Origin: Octopus bimaculoides
Taxonomy: Eukaryota
Assembly: GCF_001194135.2 (NCBI RefSeq)
Contig: NC_068981.1
Location: 185,223,674 to 185,265,627, forward strand
DNA: 41,954 nucleotides
Direction: 5' to 3'
Under the pieces are notes generated by a model. It made no database searches, was not told where the DNA came from, and saw only the letters and a program-made list of their open reading frames with translations. Made by a program: the position numbers and the translations under genes. Shown here piece by piece: positions 34,718 to 41,954 of this stretch. Position 1 is the stretch's first letter. Each line of letters starts with the position of its first letter.

Positions 34718-35084
34718 TATTGTGGAATACAGTGGAGTACTGAACAGAGGAGTTGATGTTGAAACGTGAAATATAAACAAACATCCGCTGTGGGGGCGGA
34801 ATCAGTAAAACATTAAGACAAACTGTAAAAGAAAACTAATGTTGTATAAATGCATGGGTTATAGGAATTCTTCTGATGACTCTGTTTTCACAGTCTGACT
34901 AGTGCCGGTGGGGACCAATCCTTTTCAGTGTTTGGTTATGAGAGGAACTAAGTTTGGTGCTCTCTGAAAGCTGATTAACAGTATTAAACCTTGCAATTTC
35001 CTGATACAATGACTATTTACTCTTTGGTAATTTGTGATGTTAGTATGTAGGCGAAGGATAGCTTTTCTCTCTCTCTCTCTTTAC

Positions 35085-35705
35085 TTATCTTCTTCTTGTA
35101 CCAGACATTGGACTACGGCCATGCCGAGGCAGCAAAAACATTAAACTCAGTACGTTCGATAATTAAAAAAAAAATGTTTGATGCATATTCTATCGGTTTC
35201 TTTTGCTGAGCCGCTAAGTCACATGATCATAAAAAAAAATCAACACCGGCTGTCAAGTGGTGGTAGACGTTGTACTGATAAGCACAGACACGGAGATACA
35301 CAGACACACAGACACGCAGACACAGACTCATATGTATGTATATAAAAAAAGTAGGAAGTGAGAAAGCGAAAACGAAATGTGTCAAAGTACGCTATGTTAT
35401 ATCGGCAGAAATCTATATAAGTGCGTGTGTGTGTATATATGTATGCACGAGGTTGCCTGTGTGGTATCGTGTCTGTGTATATGTGAGTGCTGCTATTTAC
35501 ATATATAAATTTACATACATAAATTTTTGCTTAAACAATTCTTTGAACAATTTGCGTCTACCAAATTCACTCACAGGGCGTTGGATGGACCAAGGCTATA
35601 GTAGAGCACAGATGCTCAAGATGCTGTAGAATGGGATTGAACCTGAAATCTCATCATGGTCTCAAAGCTAACTTCTTAACTACACAACTATGTCTGCACC
35701 TATAA
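35085..35705 (-). mobile_element. SINE family B, old copy whose middle contains the 210-bp duplicated segment
   Basis: 3' half at about 35085-35285 (tacggccatgcc...attctatcggtttcttttgctgagccgctaag) and head at about 35552-35705 (gtctaccaaattcactcac...aggctatagtaga). Confidence 0.72.
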
Positions 35706-35729
35706 CAGCGATACTTGCGCCTATATATT

Positions 35730-35944
35730 AGTTTCAAATTTTGGTATACGGCCAACAATTTGAGGGTAGGGGCTAAGTCGATTACGTCGACTCCAGTGCT
35801 CAGCTGGTACTTTTTTTTATCGATGCCGAAGGCATGAATGGCAGAGTCGATCTCGGTGGAATTTGAATGCAGGATGTAAAAATCGACGAAATGCTGCTCA
35901 GCATTTTGTCCTGTGTGCAAATGATCTTGCCAGCTCACTGCCTT
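35730..35944 (-). mobile_element. SINE family A copy
   Basis: aagtcgattacgtcgactccagtgctcagctggtac...gtcgatctcggtggaatttgaa...tgccagctcactgcctt. Confidence 0.88.
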
Positions 35945-35960
35945 CTTGTGCCTACAGATT

Positions 35961-36024
35961 GGTTTCAAATTTTACCACCAGGCCAGCAATTTCGGGGGAG
36001 GGGATAAATCCAGCTCGTCACCTT
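35961..36024 (-). mobile_element. SINE family A, internally deleted (both ends only)
   Basis: The tail ggtttcaaattttaccaccaggccagcaatttcgggggaggg is joined directly to the head ccagctcgtcacctt. Confidence 0.7.
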
Positions 36025-38244
36025 CTTGCGCCCACATATTAAAGGGACAATCAATGAGGTAGAACTCACAACCCTCAGCCAATAATTTTGTTCCTTCTCG
36101 ATCCAGCTTTACGAAATCTCAAATTACACTACCTCACTACGCCCTTCCAAACTACATTACAACACTCCAAACTAATTTAACACTACCACACTACATTAGA
36201 CAGCTACACACACTGTCTGTCACATCGCTCCAGACTATGTAACGACAGTCTATACACTGTACAAACCGATGTAGAAACCTCTACGTAGTCAGTCAACTCA
36301 CGGAAAATAGCATTCAAATCACGTTCAAATCAAACCTACATCGCAGAAAGGAAGGTATTATGTAACCTGGTTCTGGATGCATAATTCTTTAAAGAAACAC
36401 AAACAGTGGGATGTTCATGGCTGGAATTCCTTCGACCACTGATCTGAGTGATCTCAATTCGCCTGTAGCTACACAATAACAAGAACAACAACATCAACAA
36501 AAACAACCACAACAACAAAAATGACATCTATCACACGACCACTACTAAACTAGCATCGTCATTACCTCGATAAAGGCAAGAACAAAGAAATCTCTTCCAT
36601 ATCTATGCAGCACAACCCATTAAAGCATCATTCGACAAACAAAGCGAAACAATTAAAAATTTGATGCTTCAATAATATGGTCGAGGAGAATATTCTTGCA
36701 GGGGGCGTTCTGCATGATAAATGCGCATAAGATAAGCCCTTTCATGGGGAATATAGTGTTTTGAAAATGTTCAGTTAACTGTGATTATCTATGGAAAGAG
36801 TACACCGTGATTTAATGTGTGGATTTATATGCTTCACTGAGGAGGTTTTATGTTACCGAAACACGGAGGTTATTGACATTCACATATACCCATTTCATAT
36901 ATAGTCACGTCATCATTATTTCCCCCCAAATTTTAACTAGCTGAGCTTGATAGAGTTAAATCCTTTTCTTGCCTGTTTTAAATTTAATAACGTCAAGAGG
37001 GCGTTTTATCAACTTATTGCATGGATAATTTCAGGTAATCGGAGGTTTTTCAACTTCCCTGTATTACTTTCATAAAATTCTACTGTATGCAATATTTCAC
37101 AGGTATCAACTTCATACTTTTCTTCCCCTTCCACTCTGTCATCCATTTCCCCCTTTTTTCTTCATTCTTTTCACTTCATAAAAACCCCTTCCAATAACAA
37201 CAATAATAAAAACATAACAACATAACAATGATATCAATACTAGTCGCTGCATGATAATATCAGAATAATAACGACAACACGCCGCATACATAATCATTAT
37301 CAACAGAAATAAACATGGCTGCCGTTTTTATGCATATAAATCTGTTTTATTATGAAGCGATATTTTAGCAAACAACTTTAAAACTTTTTTAGTATTTTTT
37401 CAATAAAGGTCTTCACCTCCCCCTCCCACGTTCTTATTTGTTTTATTTTTACTTATTTTCTTTAAAGGATTATATAGCTATAAAAATCACCCTCATTGCT
37501 CTTTAGTTGTTGTTACCATTCATTTACTTAAAACCTATAATTTTATGAACTCTGGCTGTGACAGTAGGTTTTGCATGTAATTTATTTTCTCTGATCTTTG
37601 CACTTTGCAGAAACCCTGACACATAGGCAAACGTATTTACATATACGTTATTCAAACGAAATGCTAGGTGATAGTGACTTCGAAAGTTTCGCCAGCAGTA
37701 TCTGGTCAGACATTCTGACAGGTAACTGCACTTGGCATATTTATGGACTTCCAATGAAAATTTTGGGTTGGTGTATAATTATTGCGGCATTTTTTTTTTT
37801 TTTTTTTTACCAAAGTTTATTCAACATAAACAATAACGATATTTAGCAAAAGCATCTTTAAATGACGGTCTGGTCGTCTGCGAAGCAAATGGGAAGCAGT
37901 AATTGAAGTAGATGGTGAATATGCTCCGGAATAACCATTTAAAGATGTTTTTGTTACATGTTGTTATGGTTTTTGTTGAATAAAATTTGTTGAAAAAAAG
38001 CCGCAATAATTATGCACCAACCCAATACAATACAATGTGTATGAGTGCGTGTAAGTCTGTATGTTTGTGCGTGCATGTGAGTGCTGTATGCATGTGTGTG
38101 TGTGTGCGTGTGTGTGTATTATAAGAAGAGTATGCCATTGATTTCGAAGTTTTAGCTTGTTAGCCTATATTAGACTGTCCAACGAATGCTAGTCTGTCTA
38201 ATCATCGAAGCCACTGTTACCGCTATTCTTATAAAAGTTTCAAA

Positions 38245-38343
38245 TAGGCCCAGAAGTGATTGTGCGGTAAGAAGCTTGCTTTCCAACCACATGATTCCGA
38301 GTTCAGTCCCGCTGCGTGGAAACTTGGGTAAGTGTGTTCTTCT
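38245..38343 (+). mobile_element. SINE family B head, truncated by (TATC)n
   Basis: ataggcccagaagtgattgtgcggtaagaagcttgctttccaaccacatg...gagttcagtcccgctgcgtgg. Confidence 0.85.
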
Positions 38344-38344
38344 G

Positions 38345-38375
<31 letters not shown>

Positions 38376-39671
38376 CGACGTGTTGTCGCATCGGCTCCGC
38401 AGATATCGCTTTTCTCGACCTTTTATTGCACACATTTTGTTTAAATTTTTGCAGGTTACATAAGATTCCTAGCTACCAGAACCTCGGATGTAATAATTAC
38501 TCAACGAGGAGTAATCCATTATCTACTTATCAAACCGAAGATACCTTAGTTAAATGTAGGTTATATTGTTGTCAAGGGGTCCCAAGTTAACTCGCCCGGA
38601 ATGTACTTTAAAACCTACAACCTTTTACGCGAATAAACTATCATTTTTCCTGAAAGTTGTTTTTATCCCTTCTACAGACTGCTCGAAGCTTACTAACTTC
38701 CTACACCTCGATCCTTCGATCTTGAAATTATATATCATTATATATATTCTGCAAATCTCCTGCGATTTAACATGAGATCGAAATATTAATATTTCTAAGT
38801 CTCTATAAAAGAGACTACGGCAGTGGTACTGGATATTAATAGTTATCGCCAAGCCAACATGGCAGTCCAAAAAATAGGACGAATGCTGCAGTTGATTAGC
38901 TCCAAGGGACCATCGTCTCTAGCTAGCTTTTGTATTTTTGAAAACCAGTGGATGTAGTCCACTGAATTTAGGTTAATAATCCTTCGTACAGACGGTCAGT
39001 AGCAACGCCTGCTGGGTTCGGCTGCTCTAAAACTGTAAATGTGTCGTTAAGGAAATACACTTCATAGGGTGAGAGAAGAAAAAAGGTATAGAAAGATAAT
39101 GGGTGGGGTGCAGAAAACAAGGTAAAAAGAGAAGAAAGAGAGAGGTAGGAAGGGAGAAAAAGGGAGGAATAAAGTTTATGGGAAGTGAGGTAAAAGAACA
39201 AAGAGAAGATAATTTGTAGAAAGTTATTATTTGGTAATGGATAGATACTATTTGAAAAACTGAAAGAATGGCTTTTTCCAGTGCGTAACACTTGTAAGGT
39301 CTCTTACGTAAGTCTGTTTACCAGTTTATGCTTGGAAAAGAGAATAAAAAATTGCTCTTCTTTACAAAGAGGTAAAAAAAAAAGATTTCCCTTTATCATA
39401 GCGAAATAGAATCTTTAAGGAGACAGATTAGTGTACTAAGTCCACTGGAGTTACGCTTTCGATTGTATTTAAAGGTAGAGAAATGGTTATCCAGTCCGGA
39501 TTTCATAAAATGTAGAGGATAAACCTATATATAAAAAATTCCTTGTTACCAGAGGTAACTTTGCATTGGGATCTGGCATTTTTAATTCGGCTGACTGATT
39601 TGTTTATGGTAATGAAAATGTCGTCCGGCAAAGCTGAGCGTTCATACGTCGTCTTCGACGGGAGAGTTCAT

Positions 39672-39702
<31 letters not shown>

Positions 39703-39724
39703 CTACTACTACTANNNNNNNNNN

Positions 39725-39789
<65 letters not shown>

Positions 39790-40133
39790 TGTATTAGAAA
39801 ATAGATAGAGAGAGGGGGAAAGCACAAAGGCAAAACATAATGATTATAAAGAAATTGCTATGGGGAGACAAAGGAAAGAAATACAACAGAGATCTTCCTA
39901 ATCCGTTATGAAAAATGGCTGTTTTATTGTCATTATGACTGTTTCCATTTCGCTGGGCCCACTGTGCGCATCATCCTTCTGTTTATAGTATATGTTGGTC
40001 AAACATTAGCAAATTTTCCAGACTTCTCTGAGAAGAAAGTCATGTCACCCGGCCATGACAATAAATATTCACTATCCATATTTTGTGCGTAACATTACAT
40101 TTTCAAAATACACACATAGATACATAGAGGGAA

Positions 40134-40182
<49 letters not shown>

Positions 40183-41322
40183 TGTGTATATATATATTGC
40201 CTCTTTGTCCCACAAAACATAATTGAGACACCATCTCATTTATAAGCGTGGGTGTTGTGTCCACTTTCACACTTTAACTATGGTGATGATAATGATGCGT
40301 GACCAGAGCTAAAGTGCCAAAACTTTCAAATAATCGACACTTTCCAATCCCTTTCTCTCTCCCTCTCTCTCCTTNNNNNNNNNNNNNNNNNNNNNNNNNN
40401 NNNNNNNNNNNNNNNNNNNNNNNNNNNNNNNNNNNNNNNNNNNNNNNNNNNNNNNNNNNNNNNNNNNNNNNNNNNNNNNNNNNNNNNNNNNNNNNNNNNN
40501 NNNNNNNNNNNNNNNNNNNNNNNNNNNNNNNNNNNNNNNNNNNNNNNNNNNNNNNNNNNNNNNNNNNNNNNNNNNNNNNNNNNNNNNNNNNNNNNNNNNN
40601 NNNNNNNNNNNNNNNNNNNNNNNNNNNNNNNNNNNNNNNNNNNNNNNNNNNNNNNNNNNNNNNNNNNNNNNNNNNNNNNNNNNNNNNNNNNNNNNNNNNN
40701 NNNNNNNNNNNNNNNNNNNNNNNNNNNNNNNNNNNNNNNNNNNNNNNNNNNNNNNNNNNNNNNNNNNNNNNNNNNNNNNNNNNNNNNNNNNNNNNNNNNN
40801 NNNNNNNNNNNNNNNNNNNNNNNNNNNNNNNNNNNNNNNNNNNNNNNNNNNNNNNNNNNNNNNNNNNNNNNNNNNNNNNNNNNNNNNNNNNNNNNNNNNN
40901 NNNNNNNNNNNNNNNNNNNNNNNNNNNNNNNNNNNNNNNNNNNNNNNNNNNNNNNNNNNNNNNNNNNNNNNNNNNNNNNNNNNNNNNNCTTGCCCTGTAT
41001 TCCTATAATATAGCGTCGGAATTTCAGCAAAACCACTGACAACATTCAGCATTTGTAAATTCATTTCACATTTAATTACTGATATTCACACATCATTTGT
41101 ATATCCATTTCACTAAAACCTACTGATATTCCCCATTCCCTAAAGCTATTCTTCTATATGATATACCTATTTTCCTTGCATTACTGTATTATAGCGTCCG
41201 AATTTCATTTCGCTATTTTATACTGATACTTATCAAAAACTCTATATATATAAAAGAGAGATTCTGTCTGTTTGTCTGCTTGTCTCACAATCTGGAACTA
41301 AAACCAGACACCATCTCTCTAT

Positions 41323-41615
41323 GATTTTCTTTCTTCTCTATCTTTCTATTTTCCCTCTCTTTCTTTTTCTCTCTTTCTTTCTCTCTCTTCCTTTGACCAT
41401 TTCTCTTTCTCTTCCTTTATCTCTTCTCTCTCCCTCTTTACGCCTCTCTCCTTTCGTCTCTTGCTCTCTCTCTCTTTCTGTCTCTTTCTTGCCTTCTTTC
41501 TCTCTCTTTCTGTCACTCACTCTCTTTCTGTCAATCTCTCCCTTTCTGTCACACTCTCTTTCTCTCCGTATTTCTGTCGGTCTTTCTTTCTCTCTCCGTC
41601 TCTTTATGTCACTGT
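41323..41615. repeat. Degenerate CT-rich polypyrimidine tract
   Basis: About 290 bp of almost entirely C/T, with TCTG variants. Confidence 0.9.
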
Positions 41616-41643
41616 CTCTTATTATTATCATGTAGTAAACACA

Positions 41644-41730
41644 ACTTCCCCAGCGTTAAACTAATACATCTGTTTGTTTGATTAAACACCCGTCTTCGTC
41701 TTCTGTTCTTTGTTTTGTAAATTCTCACTA
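41644..41730 (+). mobile_element. 3' fragment of the 2955-3123 repeat, ending at TA repeats
   Basis: agcgttaaactaatacatctgtttgttt...gtcttcgtcttctgtt...gtaaattctcactatata aligns with 3050-3128. Confidence 0.8.
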
Positions 41731-41796
41731 TATATATACGTATATGTATATATATGTATATATATACATATATAAATATTTACTTATTTATAAGTG

Positions 41797-41940
41797 CTAG
41801 CGTAGTTGTGTGGTAAGAAGCTTGCTTCCCAACCGCATGGCTCCGGATTCAGTCCACAGCGTACCATCTTGGGTAAATGTCTTCTACTATAGCTCTGTGA
41901 GTGGATTTGGTAGACAGAAGCTGGAAGAAGTCCATCGTAT
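41797..41940 (+). mobile_element. SINE family B head, running into its internal (TA)n at the window end
   Basis: gtgtggtaagaagcttgcttcccaacc...gtcttctactatagc...gtgagtggatttggtagacag. Confidence 0.9.
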
Positions 41941-41954
41941 ATATATATATATAT

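Noticed and set aside
33863-36040. Repeat-spacer patterns superficially like a CRISPR array
   Set aside because: The context is eukaryotic, the units are degenerate and irregular, and there are no cas genes. Minisatellite and SINE insertions explain them.
41010-41207. ATAGCGTC(G/C)GAATTTCA repeated 181 bp apart
   Set aside because: The similarity does not extend collinearly. It is probably an old local duplication with no further signal.

Overview
This is 42 kb of repeat-dense, AT-rich eukaryotic DNA with 16 N-gaps (about 4.3 kb in total), most bordered by microsatellite or low-complexity sequence. The repeat families and microsatellite load resemble an Octopus genome (inference, not checked). 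No intact protein-coding gene is recognisable, and nearly all ORFs in the track are microsatellite or N artefacts. Recognisable coding remnants all come from transposons: a Dong/R4-type endonuclease fragment next to (TAA)n, a 5'-truncated CR1/L2-group LINE, and decayed mariner and Tc1-like transposases. There are three tRNA-derived SINE families (called A, B and C here) and a roughly 650-bp foldback element. The most interesting signal is a set of short, mutually unrelated elements that contain minimal hammerhead-ribozyme folds and run into TA-rich microsatellite about 75-140 bp downstream. Two of these folds carry non-canonical cores (a compensatory G3-C8 swap and an A6U change), and two of the elements sit in or beside long inverted duplications, as Penelope-like elements often do. 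A few short splice-bounded segments could be host exons, but confidence is low. All alignments and folds were done by eye, and boundaries are approximate.
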